Notes: a model not told the origin generated them from the letters alone. 64,000 bases of DNA from an uncultured delta proteobacterium (GCA_963743525.1 CAVUQH010000003.1:1207221-1271220), one strand, 5' to 3'. Shown: positions 47,345 through 58,248, counted from the first letter of the stretch. Program-made: numbers and translations.

Positions 47345-47998
47345 TCAGCTGCCCTGCACCATCGCCAGCTCGATGGCAGCGGGCCGCGGCCACCACCTGG
47401 TCGCCGAAGAGCTGGCCGGGGCGTTTGGTGACCCGCTCGACCGGTCCGCTCACGCTGACGGCGGCCAGCACCGTGTGGCCGTCCCAGACCGGGGCCGACA
47501 CCGACGCCACGCCCGGCGCCCGTTCGGCCACCGAGGCCAGCCACCCGTGCCGCTCGGCCAGGCCGGACAGCACCCGGCCGGCGGAGCCCGACGCCAGGGG
47601 CAGCCGGGCGCCGACGGGGACGATCGTGCGCAGCTCGTGGGTGGAGTCGACGGCGGCCACGCACAGCCGCTCGTCGTCGTCGACCACGTAGAGCTGGGCC
47701 GACTCGCCGGTGTCGTCGCGCAGCCGGCGCAGCACGGGCACGGCCACGGCGGTGAGCGGGAAGGCGTCGACCGCGCGCCCGGCCGAGGCCGATGAGGGCC
47801 AGGCCCGAGCGCGTAGGCGCCGTCGTCGTTGCGGCGCAGCAGGCCGACCGTCTCCATGCCCTGGGCCAGGCGGTGGACCGTGGCCCGGCTGATGTCGGTG
47901 CGCTCGACCAGGTCGCGGAACGACGTGGGCGCCTCGCTGACCACCCGCAGGATGACCATGACCTTGTCGAGCACGCCGATGCCGCTTAGAGTGTCCAC
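47345..47998 (-). CDS. IclR family regulator (NdgR/LtbR-like), divergent from leuCD (frameshifted)
   Basis: SGIGVLDK, RATVHRLA, TGESAQLY, ERAPGVASVSAPV, SVSGP. Confidence 0.9.
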
Positions 47999-48018
47999 TG
48001 GTCGGGAATCCTATCCCG

Positions 48019-48050
48019 CATCGTGAGACAGTCGCCACATCGTGAGACAG
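48019..48050. promoter_or_regulatory. Tandem operator-like repeat CATCGTGAGACAG x2 between IclR and leuC
   Basis: Identical 13-mers at 48019-48031 and 48038-48050. Confidence 0.6.
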
Positions 48051-48063
48051 CCAGGAGCATCGC

Positions 48064-49484
48064 ATGGCCGGCAAGACGCTGAGCGAGAAGGTCTGGGACC
48101 GCCACGTGGTCCACCGCGACGCAGACGGAGACCTGCTCTACATCGACCTGCACCTGGTGCACGAGGTCACCTCGCCCCAGGCCTTCGACGGCCTGCGCCT
48201 CAACGGCCGCACCGTCCGTCGTCCCGACCTGACGCTGGCGACCATGGACCACAACGTGCCCACGGCGAACATCGACCAGCCGGTGGCCGACCCGATCTCC
48301 AAGAAGCAGATGGACACGCTGCGCCGCCAACTGCGACGAGTTCGGCATCACCTGCCACGGCATGGGCGACCCGGGCCAGGGCATCGTCCACGTGATCGGC
48401 CCCGAGCAGGGCTTCACCCAGCCGGGCATGACCATCGTCTGCGGCGACTCCCACACCTCGACCCACGGGGCCTTCGGCGCCATCGCCTTCGGCATCGGCA
48501 CGTCCGAGGTCGAGCACGTGCTGGCCACCCAGACCCTCCCCCAGCGCCGGCCCCAGACCATGGCGGTCACCGTCGAGGGCGACCTGCAGCCCGGCGTCAC
48601 CGCCAAGGACATCGTGCTGGCCATCCTCGGCCGCATCGGCACCGGCGGCGGCATCGGCCACATGATCGAGTACCGGGGCTCGGCCATCCGGGCGCTCTCC
48701 ATGGAGGGCCGGATGACCGTGTGCAACATGTCCATCGAGATGGGCGCCAAGGCCGGGATGATCGCCCCCGACGAGACCACGTTCGAGTACCTGCAGGGCC
48801 GGCCCCACGCACGCGTCCGATGGGCGGCGAGCCTGGGACGCGGCCGTGGCCGACTGGAAGACCCTGGTCACCGACGACGACGCCACCTTCGACAAGGAGG
48901 TCGTGCTCGACGCCGCCGAGATCACCCCGCACGTGTCGTGGGGCACGAACCCGTCGCAGGTCGCGCCGATCGACGCCTCGGTGCCCGATCCCGACTCGTT
49001 CGCCGAGTCGTCCGAGCGCAGCGCCGCCGCGCGGGCGCTCGAGTACATGGGTCTCGAGGCGGGCACGCCGATCAAGGAGATCCCGGTCGACACGGTCTTC
49101 ATCGGCTCGTGCACCAACAGCCGCATCGAAGACCTGCGGGCCGTGGCCGAAGTGGCCAAGGGCCGGACGGTCACCGTGCCCCGGGCCATGATCGTGCCGG
49201 GCTCGTTCGCGGTGAAGGACCAGGCCATCGCCGAGGGCCTCGACAAGATCTTCGTCGAGGCCGGCTTCGACTGGCGCGAGCCGGGCTGCTCGATGTGCCT
49301 GGCCATGAACCCCGACAAGCTCGCCCCCGGCGAGCGGTGCGCCAGCACGTCCAACCGCAACTTCGAAGGCCGCCAGGGCCGGGGCGGGCGCACCCACCTC
49401 GTCTCCCCCGCCGTCGCCGCCGCCACCGCCATCGCCGGCCACTTCGCCGTGCCCGCTGATCTCGGCCCGGCCGACCTCGACTGA
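48064..49484 (+). CDS. leuC: 3-isopropylmalate dehydratase large subunit (frameshifted)
   Basis: [61 protein letters not shown]. Confidence 0.97.
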
Positions 49485-49489
49485 TCCGC

Positions 49490-49536
49490 GAATTTCGTTT
49501 CCTGGTCAGGACAGTGCTGACCAGCTGACGAAATTC
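49490..49536. repeat. 47-bp intergenic inverted repeat (REP-like hairpin) between leuC and leuD
   Basis: GAATTTCGT-ttc-CTGGTCAG-gacagtg-CTGACCAG-ctg-ACGAAATTC. Confidence 0.7.
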
Positions 49537-49561
49537 TCCCCGTGAGAACCCTGGAGCATCC

Positions 49562-50157
49562 GTGAAGGCAGTACGCACCATCGAAGGCACGGCGGTCCCG
49601 CTCGACCGCTCCGACGTCGACACCGACCAGATCATCCCGTCGGACTGGCTCAAGCGGGTCGAGCGCACCGGCTTCGAGAAGGGCCTGTTCTCCGAGTGGC
49701 GCGACGACCCGCGCCTTCGTGCTCAACCAGGAGCAGTACCAGGGCGCCAACATCCTGATCGGCGGGCCGAACTTCGGCACCGGCTCGTCGCCGCGAGCAC
49801 GCCGTGTGGGCCATCCAGCAGTACGGCTTCGAGGCGGTGATCTCGCCCCGCTTCGGCGACATCTTCCGCAACAACTGCACCAAGAACGGCCTGGTGCCGG
49901 TGCAGGTACCGCGCCGAGGTCGGCGAGGCGCTGCTGCGCATGGTCGAGGACGACCCGACACCGTGTTCGAGATCGACGTGGCCGCCGGCACCGTCAAGGC
50001 CGGCGACGTCGAGTGCGAGTTCCCCCTCGACGAGGGCACCCGCCACCGCTTCCTCGAGGGCCTCGACGACATCGGCCTCACGCTGCGGCACGAGACCGAC
50101 ATCACCGCCTTCGAGCAGGAGCGCCCCGGCTACCTGCCCACCGCCGGCGCCCGCTGA
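49562..50157 (+). CDS. leuD: 3-isopropylmalate dehydratase small subunit (frameshifted)
   Basis: [42 protein letters not shown]. Confidence 0.96.
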
Positions 50158-50679
50158 TCGGCGGCACGGGCCGCCTCGTTCGCGCAGCAGCCCGGCGCCG
50201 ATCACGATCACCACGTCGCCGACGCTGAACACGTTGGCCAGCGGCAGCGGCTCGGGCACGGCGAACACGTCGCCGAGGAACCACAGGTCGGCGTCATCGA
50301 TCGCCGCCGAGTTCTCGAAGCCGTCACCGTGGTCGAGCCCGGCGGCCTCGACCGCCCCCGGACGGGCCGGCATGACGCCGCCGTTGGCGGTGATGGCGAC
50401 CAGGTTGAGCGCACCGCCGAGCCCCAGCACCAGCACGCCCCGCCAGCGGCGGTTGGCGAGCACGAACGCCAGGGCGGCGGCGTAGCTGACCAGGTGGAGG
50501 GCGCCGGCGACGCCGCGGGGCAGCGCGTCCGGGAGGACCTGGATGATCAGCACCTGCACGCCGAGCGCCACGGCGAGCAGCCACCAGCGGGTCAGGCGGA
50601 TCGAGGCGAGGCCGTCGAAGCTCCGGTGCGCGGCGGTGACCGCCAGCACGGCGGCCAGGACGGCGACCGGGACGATCAC
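50130..50679 (-). CDS. DUF5317-type polytopic membrane protein, candidate aspartyl peptidase (3' end approximate)
   Basis: GGALNLVAITANGGVMP, LWFLGDVF, NVFSVGDV; GTGA overlap with the GGDEF-EAL stop. Confidence 0.8.
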
Positions 50680-52654
50680 TCGACGACGGCGGCCCCGGCG
50701 ACCCGGTCGGCGAGCCAGGCGACGGCGTCGTCGGCCGGCAGCGGGTGGCCGAAGTGCCAGCCCTGCCCGATGTCGCAGCCGAGCCGCTGGAGCGCCTCGC
50801 ACTCCTCGAGCTGCTCGACGCCCTCGGCCACCACGGTGAGGCCGAGGTTGTGGCCGAGCACGATCATGGGCGCGACGAAGCGGGAGTCGAGGCCCTGCTC
50901 GAGCTGGCCCACGAAGGACCGGTCGATCTTCAGCCGGGAGATGGGCAGCCGGCGCAGGTGCTCGAACGACGAGTAGCCGGTGCCGAAGTCGTCGATGGCC
51001 ACGGCCACGCCCAGGTCGGCGCAGACCCTCGAGCGTGACCCGGGCGCCGTCGAGGTCGACCAGCAGGGCGCTCTCGGTGAACTCGACCTCGAGCGCCCGG
51101 CCGGGCAGGCCGTACTGCTCGAGCCGAGACTCGGACCGTGTCGACGAAGCGGACGTCGGCGAGCGAGCGGGCCGAGACGTTGACCGACACCCGGACCTGC
51201 TGGTCGTCGTGCCACCACCGGGCGCAGGTGGCCAGGGACTCGTCCAGGACGAAGTCGGTGAGCTCGCCGATGAGCTCGGTGTGCTCGGCGGCGTAGACGA
51301 AGTCGGCGGGCAGGACGGTGACACCGTCGCGCTCCCAGCGGACCAGCGCCTCGAAGCCCACGGTCTCGCCGCCGGGCATGGCCACCTGGGGCTGGAAGAC
51401 CACGGACAGCTCGCTTGCGGCCAGGGCCTCCTTCAGGCTGCGCAGCAGCGTGAGGCTGCTGGTGACGGTGTCGACCGTGCGGCCCCGTCCGTCGCCGGCC
51501 ACCCGGGTGTGCATCTTCTCGAGCAGGAGGGCGGCGTCGGCCCGTTCGAGCAGGGTGCCGGGGTCGATGCCGTCCATCGGCGCGGATGCCGCGCCGAGCG
51601 ACGCCCGCACGGGCACGGGCACACCGTCGATCTCGATGGGCTGGCGGAACTGGCGCTGGATGCGCTCGATCGAGACCCGGGCGTCGTGGCCGACGGCACC
51701 CTCGAGCACGACGACGAACTCGTCGCCGCCGATGCGCCCGACGAGGTCGACGGGACGGACGGCGGCCAGGAGCCGCTTGGCCACGATCCCGAGCACCTTG
51801 TCGCCGGCGGCGTGGCCGAGGCGGTCGTTGACGCCCTTGAACTCGTCGAGATCGATCATGGCGACGGTGACGCCGCCGGGGATGGCGGCGGCCAGCGCCT
51901 CGAGGATCTCGGTGCGGTTGGCCAGGCCGGTGAGGGCATCGCGAGAGGCCCGCACCCGGCTGGTGGACGCCTGATGGGCGGTGCGGTGCATGGCGACGAT
52001 GCAGAGCAGCGGGAGGGGCAGCAGGGCCATGGACTGCAACCCGATGATGGCCAGGACCGGTGCCATGACCAGCAGCAGCAGGTCGTCGACCGCGGTCTGG
52101 GGCAGCACGTTGCGCACGATCTGGCCGACGTCGAGGCCCCGGTCGAGCCACACGACCGCCGCCATGAGCGACAGATTGACCAGGAACACCGAACCGGCGA
52201 AGGCGAGCGTCTGGGGCAGGAACCAGGCACTGAGGTGGCCACCGTCGACGAGGCTGGTGCGGGCGCCGAGCAGCTGGAGCACACCGATGCCGGCACCCAG
52301 GCTGAGGACGAGCGTGCCGGCGTTGAAGGCGGCGCGCACCGGCGACTTGCGGGTGACGACGTCGCCGGCGAGCGACGCCACGGCGACGGCGGCCAGCGCC
52401 ACCTCGGCCGGGGCGAGCAGGGCGATGGCGCCGGCGAAGCCCCACGAGGCGGTGAACTCACCGGCTCGGGGATGCCACTGCATGGGCCGCAGCTCGGAGA
52501 CGACCAGCAGGATCGCCAGGACGGCGACCAGGGGGCCGACGTCGGGGTCGAGCGTCGACGGCTGCCGGGCAACCAGGCCCAAGACCAGCGCGCCGCCGAC
52601 GATGACCGCGGCGACGAAGCTGTCGCGGACGACGCCCGCTCTGATGTTCACCAC
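50676..52654 (-). CDS. Polytopic membrane-sensor GGDEF-EAL protein (frameshifts near 51030-51130)
   Basis: About 230-aa hydrophobic N-terminus; DALTGLANR, RPVD-x5-GGDEF, FEALVRW, DDFGTGYSS, KIDRSF, AEGVE. Confidence 0.92.
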
Positions 52655-52690
52655 CTGATGATGCCGTTCTTCACCCGTGGAGTGGTGGAG

Positions 52691-52801
52691 TCAGGTCCAC
52701 TTCCAGGGAGCGCCCAGCGCGGCGGACACCGCGACGAGCGATCCCATCGCCGCCAGCACCCGGTAGAGCTTCGCCTTCTTCCGATCGTCCCAACGCAGCA
52801 T
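52691..52801 (-). CDS. 36-aa signal-peptide-like small protein MLRWDDRKKAKLYRVLAAMGSLVAVSAALGAPWKWT (candidate signalling-peptide precursor)
   Basis: ATG 52801 to TGA 52691; GAGGAG RBS (52809-52814) 7 nt upstream; GC3-rich codons; basic n-region, hydrophobic h-region, GAPWKW tail; below the ORF-track cut-off. Confidence 0.75.
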   Translation of the reverse strand: MLRWDDRKKAKLYRVLAAMGSLVAVSAALGAPWKWT

Positions 52802-52871
52802 GGCAGATCTCCTCATCCGGTCATGTAGGGCATATGGTACACCACGCTGGGTGGTCAGGCGAGGGGCAATG

Positions 52872-53650
52872 TCACTTCGGTGGCATGCGGATGCCGCCGT
52901 CGAGGCGCACGACGTGGGCGTTCATGTAGCTGTTGGTGAGCAGCTCGTGGGCCATGCGTGGCGAACTCCTCGGAGGTGCCGAGGCGCTTGGGGAACAGCA
53001 CGCTCTGGCCGAGGTTGGCCTTGAACGCCTCGGAGGCCTCGCCCTCGCCGTAGATCGGCGTGTCGATCAGGCCGGGGGCGATGCAGTTGAGACGGATGCC
53101 CGGGGCGGCCAGGTCGCGGGCCACGGGCAGGGTCATGCCGACGACGCCGCCCTTGGACGACGAGTAGGCGGCCTGGCCGATCTGGCCGTCGAAGGCGGCG
53201 ACCGAGGTGACGGTGACAGATGGCGCCCTTGCAGCCGTCCTCGTCGCCCTCGTTGAGGCTCATGGCGGTGGCACCCAGGCGCACGCAGTTGAACGTGCCG
53301 ATCAGGTTCACCTCGATGACCTTCTTGTAGATGTTCAGGTCGTGGGCGGACTCGTAGGTGCCGTCCTTGCCGATGGTGCGGGTGGCGAAGCCGATGCCGG
53401 CCGCGGTGACCATCGTCTTGAGCGGACCCATCTCCTTGGCCGCCTCGATGGCGGCGATGACCTCGTCGGGGTTGGCGACGTCGGCGTTGACGAAGATGCC
53501 GCCGATGTCCTTGGCGACGGCCTCGCCCTTCTCCTCGTTCATGTCGATGATGACGACGTGCTGGCCCTTCTCGGCGAGGAGTCGGGCGGTGGCTTCGCCG
53601 AGGCCGCTGGCCCCGCCGGTGATGACAGATGAAGAACCAGAGATTTCCAT
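52872..53650 (-). CDS. SDR, type II 3-hydroxyacyl-CoA dehydrogenase-like (frameshifted)
   Basis: [57 protein letters not shown]. Confidence 0.92.
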
Positions 53651-53663
53651 AACGGGCAACATT

Positions 53664-53742
53664 ATTGACTGGTCGGTCAAGAGGCGAATGCGGAGCATTC
53701 GTCAACGAACCGCAGGGTTCGCATTGACTGGTCGGTCAAGAG
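53664..53742. promoter_or_regulatory. Two identical operator-like sites ATTGACTGGTCGGTCAAGAG
   Basis: Copies at 53664-53683 and 53723-53742; core TTGAC-N6-GTCAA dyad; first copy abuts the TAATGT -10 of the SDR. Confidence 0.7.
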
Positions 53743-53755
53743 CGCCAAACGCCGC

Positions 53756-55231
53756 TCAGCCGGCCGGCGTCCAGGCGCTGGGATGGGTGTGCAGCCGCCG
53801 CCAGCGGGTCAGCCACGACCGGAACGAGGGCACCGGCATGGCCCGGGCGAACAGGAAGCCCTGGGCCAGGTCGCATCCGAGATCGGCGAGCTGCTCGCGC
53901 TGGTCCTCGGTCTCCACTCCCTCGGCGATGATGCGGATGCGCAGCACGTCGGCCAGGCGGGTGAGCATGGTGACGATGACCGTGTCGGAGTCGACGCGGC
54001 CGAAGCCGGCGACGATCGACCGGTCGATCTTGACCAGCTCGACCGGCAGGTCGCGCAGGTAGCGCAGCGACGTGTAGCCGACGCCGAAGTCGTCGACGCA
54101 GACGGTGACGCCGACGCTGCGGAGTCGTCCGAGCGTGGCGGCGGCCTCCTCGAGGTCGCGCACCAGGCTGGCCTCGCCGACCTCGATGACGAGGCGGCCG
54201 GGGTCGATCCCCCACCGGCCACAGGCCTCGGCCACGTCGTCGGCCACCCGGGGATGGTCGAGATGGCGGCCGGACAGGTTGACGCTGAGCGTCAGGTCGA
54301 GCCCGTCGCGGGCCCACTCGGCGAGCTGGGCGCACGCCCGGTCGAGCATCCACCGGCCGATCTCGACGACCAGCATGGAGTCCTCGGCCACCTCGATGAA
54401 GGCATCGGGCGGCACCTCGCGGCCGTCGTCGGTGGTCCAGCGGCAGAGCAGCTCGCCGCCCACCACCGTGCCCCGGCGCAGGTCGATGACCGGTTGGATG
54501 AAGGCGTCGAGCGCGCCGACGCCGACGGCCCGCCGGAGCTCTCGCTCGAGGTCGAAGCGCTCCTCGACCTGCTGGCGCAGGTCGTCGTCGAAGACCCGGA
54601 TCTGGCCCGGCCCGCTCGCCTTGGCGTGGTACATGGCCACGTCGGCGTCGCGCAGGTCGAGCTCGCGGACGTCGTCGGGGTCGAGGAAGGCGACGCCGAT
54701 GGACGCCGACACCGGGATGCGGTCGTCGCCCACGGGGAACGGCTCGGCCAGGGCGAGCTGGATGCGCTCGGCGAGCCGGACGATGGTGCCGATCTCGTCG
54801 GCCTCCTCGGCCAGCACCACGAACTCGTCACCGCCGTTGCGGGCCACGAGATCGGCGTCGCGCGTGGCCTGCAGGATCCGGTCGGCCACCTCGCGCAGCA
54901 CGTGGTCGCCCACCTGGTGCCCGAGCGTGTCGTTGACCGCCTTGAACCGGTCGAGGTCGATGAACAGCAGCCCGATGCCGTTGCCCGACCGCTTGGCCCG
55001 GGCGGCAGCCCGTTCGAGCTCGCCGAGCAGGATCGACCGGTTGGCCAGCCCGGTCAGGTGGTCGTGGGTGGCCTCGTGGGCCAGGCGCTCGGTGGCCTCG
55101 GCGAGGTGTTGCGTGCGCTGCTCGCCGTCGGCGATGCGGGCGCGCAGCGACCGGTTCTCCCGGGCCAGCCACACGAGGGCGCCGCCGACGCCCACCAGTG
55201 CGGCGAGCAGGAAGAGGGCCGCCGCGGTCAC
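53756..55231 (-). CDS. Single-TM GGDEF-EAL protein
   Basis: Intact 491 aa: HDHLTGLANR, RDAD-x5-GGDEF, ELLCRW, DDFGVGYTS, KIDRS, AEGVE. Confidence 0.93.
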   Translation of the reverse strand: MTAAALFLLAALVGVGGALVWLARENRSLRARIADGEQRTQHLAEATERLAHEATHDHLTGLANRSILLGELERAAARAKRSGNGIGLLFIDLDRFKAVNDTLGHQVGDHVLREVADRILQATRDADLVARNGGDEFVVLAEEADEIGTIVRLAERIQLALAEPFPVGDDRIPVSASIGVAFLDPDDVRELDLRDADVAMYHAKASGPGQIRVFDDDLRQQVEERFDLERELRRAVGVGALDAFIQPVIDLRRGTVVGGELLCRWTTDDGREVPPDAFIEVAEDSMLVVEIGRWMLDRACAQLAEWARDGLDLTLSVNLSGRHLDHPRVADDVAEACGRWGIDPGRLVIEVGEASLVRDLEEAAATLGRLRSVGVTVCVDDFGVGYTSLRYLRDLPVELVKIDRSIVAGFGRVDSDTVIVTMLTRLADVLRIRIIAEGVETEDQREQLADLGCDLAQGFLFARAMPVPSFRSWLTRWRRLHTHPSAWTPAG

Positions 55232-55288
55232 ACCGTCAGTCTGCCAAGCCCCGCCGACAGGATCGGGGACGGAGGTCCGGAGAGGTGA

Positions 55289-58093
55289 TCAGATCACGAA
55301 CGGGAAGCGGGCCTGCGTCGACGTCTGGCCGTCGTCGTCCTGCACGCCGCTCGAGCGCGTTGGACGGACCGAGCTCGTCAGTGGTCTTCAGCGCTCCCGA
55401 GAAGCTGACCGTGATGGTGCGACCATCGGCCGACAGGGAGACCCCGGTCAGCGACGGGTTGATGTCGTCCGTGGAGTAGTTGCCACGGTCGCCGGCGCTG
55501 GCCGGATCGACCGGCTCGTTGAACGCGATGGTGCACGGTGCTGTCGCCGACGTTGCAGGTGGAGGAGCTCCGCCATGAGTTCGGGACCGTCGTTCTCCAG
55601 CGTGGCGTCGCCGAGGCTGGTGACCGGTTGCCCGCCAGGTCGGCGACACCGGAGAGCAGCTTCACCGTGGCGCCGGCGTAGGTGAACGTGGTGGTGCTGG
55701 TGGCGCCGGGACCCAGCGTGATGACGGCCGTGTTGCCGTCGGCGGTCCACGTGGACTTGGTGGTGCCGTTCGGGAAGGTGAAGTCGATTGCCGCCGGCGG
55801 TGATGGTGATCGAGGCGTTGGGGGCGATCTTGACGTCACGGCTGAACGACAGCATCCACACGTCGCCCTCGTTGGCGGCGCTGTTGCCGGCGTTGGTGGC
55901 GACGGTGGTGCCGTTGTCGAGACCGACCATGGACGAGGCGAGCCGGACCTCGGGGGTGGCGAAGTTCGCCGGCGCCGATGGGGACCGGAGCCGTCGGGAT
56001 CTTGGGCGATCGACGGCCTTGGAGGTGCCGGCGGTGGGAACGACGATGTAGCGGATGGTGCCCGACGAGGGACCGGTGACCGTCTTCGAGGACCCAGTCA
56101 CCGGCGTGCCCTTGGCCGGTTCGCCGTCGTCGAGGACGCCGTCACGATCGCTGTCCTCGAAGACCTGATAGGTGACGTCGGGCTGGTTGGTGGGCGTCCA
56201 GGACACGAGGACGTCGTTGCCCCCGACGGAGGAGGCGCTGAGGTTCGTGATGTCGGAGAGGTGTCGGTGAAGACGCTGAAGATCGTACTGGCCGTCCTGG
56301 TAGTACTCGATGCTCGAGCACGTCGCCGGGCGTCAGCAGCTGCGTCGAACGCCGAATGGTGATGCCCTTGGCGTCGTTGCCGCCGAGGGCGACCTGGTAC
56401 ACGTCGCCGCCGGAGAAGTAGAAGGTGCCGGCCGACGCGGTGAAGTAGCCCGCCGACGGGCTGACCGTCTGGACCGTCTGGCGGGCGGAGCGGTCGAGGA
56501 ACCGCCGACGTAGTTGGCCGTGGCCGCCTGGGCGGGCACCCAGTCGGTCTTGCCGCCGACGCCGAACTGCTCGGTCGGGCACGCCGGCGAGCCGAGCGGC
56601 CGAGCTCACCGTTGGCATCCTCGTCGAGGTAGACGAAGGGGATGGCGGAGCCCTGCTCGGTGGAGTCTGATGGTGAAGGTGATCTGGCCGTCGGCGTTGG
56701 CGGTGGCCGTCGACCTGCTGGGTCTCGGTGCCGGACCCGGCCGGGCCGCCGCTGCTGACCGGCTGGCCGTTCACCGTCTCGATGGCGATGGGCAGCGGCG
56801 GCCAGCGTGTAGTCGCTGACGGTGACCGAACCGCCCTGACTGCCGACCACCGACGGGTCGAGAAGGGCGACGACGTAGCTGGTGCCGGACTCGAGGCCGG
56901 AGGCGGTGTAGCTGCGCGCCCCTCGCTCGGTGAGCGGACTGGAGCTGGGCTGGCGTGCCCTCGGTGGCGGTGGGATGACGTTGTAGATCTGGTTGGTGTC
57001 GAGCGTGGCCAGGGTGACCACCTGGCGTCGAGGACGCCGACGGGACCGCAGCCTCGCCGCCGATGGCCACCACTCGATCGATGGCGGCGGCGTTGGCCTG
57101 GATGTACTCGCCGGTGACCGGCGGGACCTTGTCGGGGTGGATCAGCAGCAGGCGGCTGAGGTTCTGGCCGGCTGCCGGACCGCCGACGAGCGCATCGGGG
57201 AAGGCCATGCCGGTGGACAGGTACGCCGTGTCGCCGCCCATGTCGAACTGGTCGGCGCCGAAGTTGACGACGTCGATGTTGGTGTCCCAGCGCTTGACGC
57301 CGGCGAAGCGCTGCGTGGTGACGCCCGTGCTCGGACTCGATCTTGTTCTTCACGGTGTCGCTGATGACGGCGGTGCCGCCGACGATGGCGACGTGCTCGA
57401 TGCCCAGGTTCTTGATGGCGTCGATGGTGGCCTGGGGCAGCGACGTCGGTGGCCGTGAGCAGGATGGGCAGGTTGCCGGCGTAGGCGACCGGGCTGGCGG
57501 ACACGGCATCGGGGAAGGTGAGGCCGCTGGTGAGGAAGGCGGTGACGCCGTCGTCGGTGCTGCCGATGCCGCCGCCGATGATCGGGCTGCCCCTGGTCGG
57601 CGATGACCTGGCCGGCGGCGGCCGCGGTCTCGAACCGGTCGTTGCCCTCGACCCGGTGCACGGTGTAGCCGGCGCCGGTGACGGCGTCCTCGACCGCCTG
57701 GCTGAGCGCGGCGGTGCCGCCCATGAGGTAGACGTCGGTGGCGCCGAGGTCGGACGAGCGCCTGCTTGGTGACGTCGAGGAGGCGGTCGCTGAGCGTGAG
57801 CAGGATCGGCGCGTCGAGGGCGCCGGCCATGCCGCTGGAGGCGAGCGCATCGGCGAAGTCCTGGCCGGTGGCGAGGATGACGTTGCTGGCGCCGTCGGGG
57901 AAGGTGTCGGCGGCGACCGCGGCCGCGGTGGCGTAGCGGTCGGGGGTGAAGCGTGCCGTAGCTGGCCAGACGGGCCGACTCGGTGGCGGTCTCGGCCTGC
58001 GCCGACTGGGCGAGGAACAGCCCGCCGCGCGACGAGCACGGCGGCGGCGCCGGCGCCGATGCGGCGCAACGTCGATCGGTGAGAGGGATTCAT
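55289..58093 (-). CDS. Large secreted cell-wall-binding (CWB2-repeat) surface/S-layer-like protein (many frameshifts)
   Basis: Signal peptide; repeats DRYATAA..ATGQDFADALAS..APILLT, VYLMGGTAALS, GNDRFETA..FPDA..PILLT, IVGGTAVIS, FPDALVGG; Thr-rich beta-domains with DxDxDG-like loops. Confidence 0.8.
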
Positions 58094-58195
58094 GGGGGTG
58101 ACGTGCTCCTGTGGGGTTCTGCGACGGTCGGACCCGCCCGACTGCGAGACAGACTTCGACACCCTAGGTCCGGACCCCTGCTCGGAGCGCGCCGC

Positions 58196-58224
58196 AGGGG
58201 CCCATCTCCCGCCGATGGGCCCCT
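58196..58224. terminator. Hairpin downstream of the LPXTG-protein gene
   Basis: AGGGGCCCATC-TCCCGCC-GATGGGCCCCT, 11-bp stem. Confidence 0.6.
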
Positions 58225-58248
58225 ACGGGGTTCGCTCTCCCGCTTCGG

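Noticed and set aside
48019..53742. Short direct repeats as a CRISPR array
   Set aside because: Only two copies each, 13-20 bp long, in promoter positions, and no cas genes.
51035..55685. Long antisense ORFs (e.g. 51035..52828 +, 53783..55288 +, 54105..55685 +)
   Set aside because: Shadow frames expected opposite high-GC genes; no motifs.
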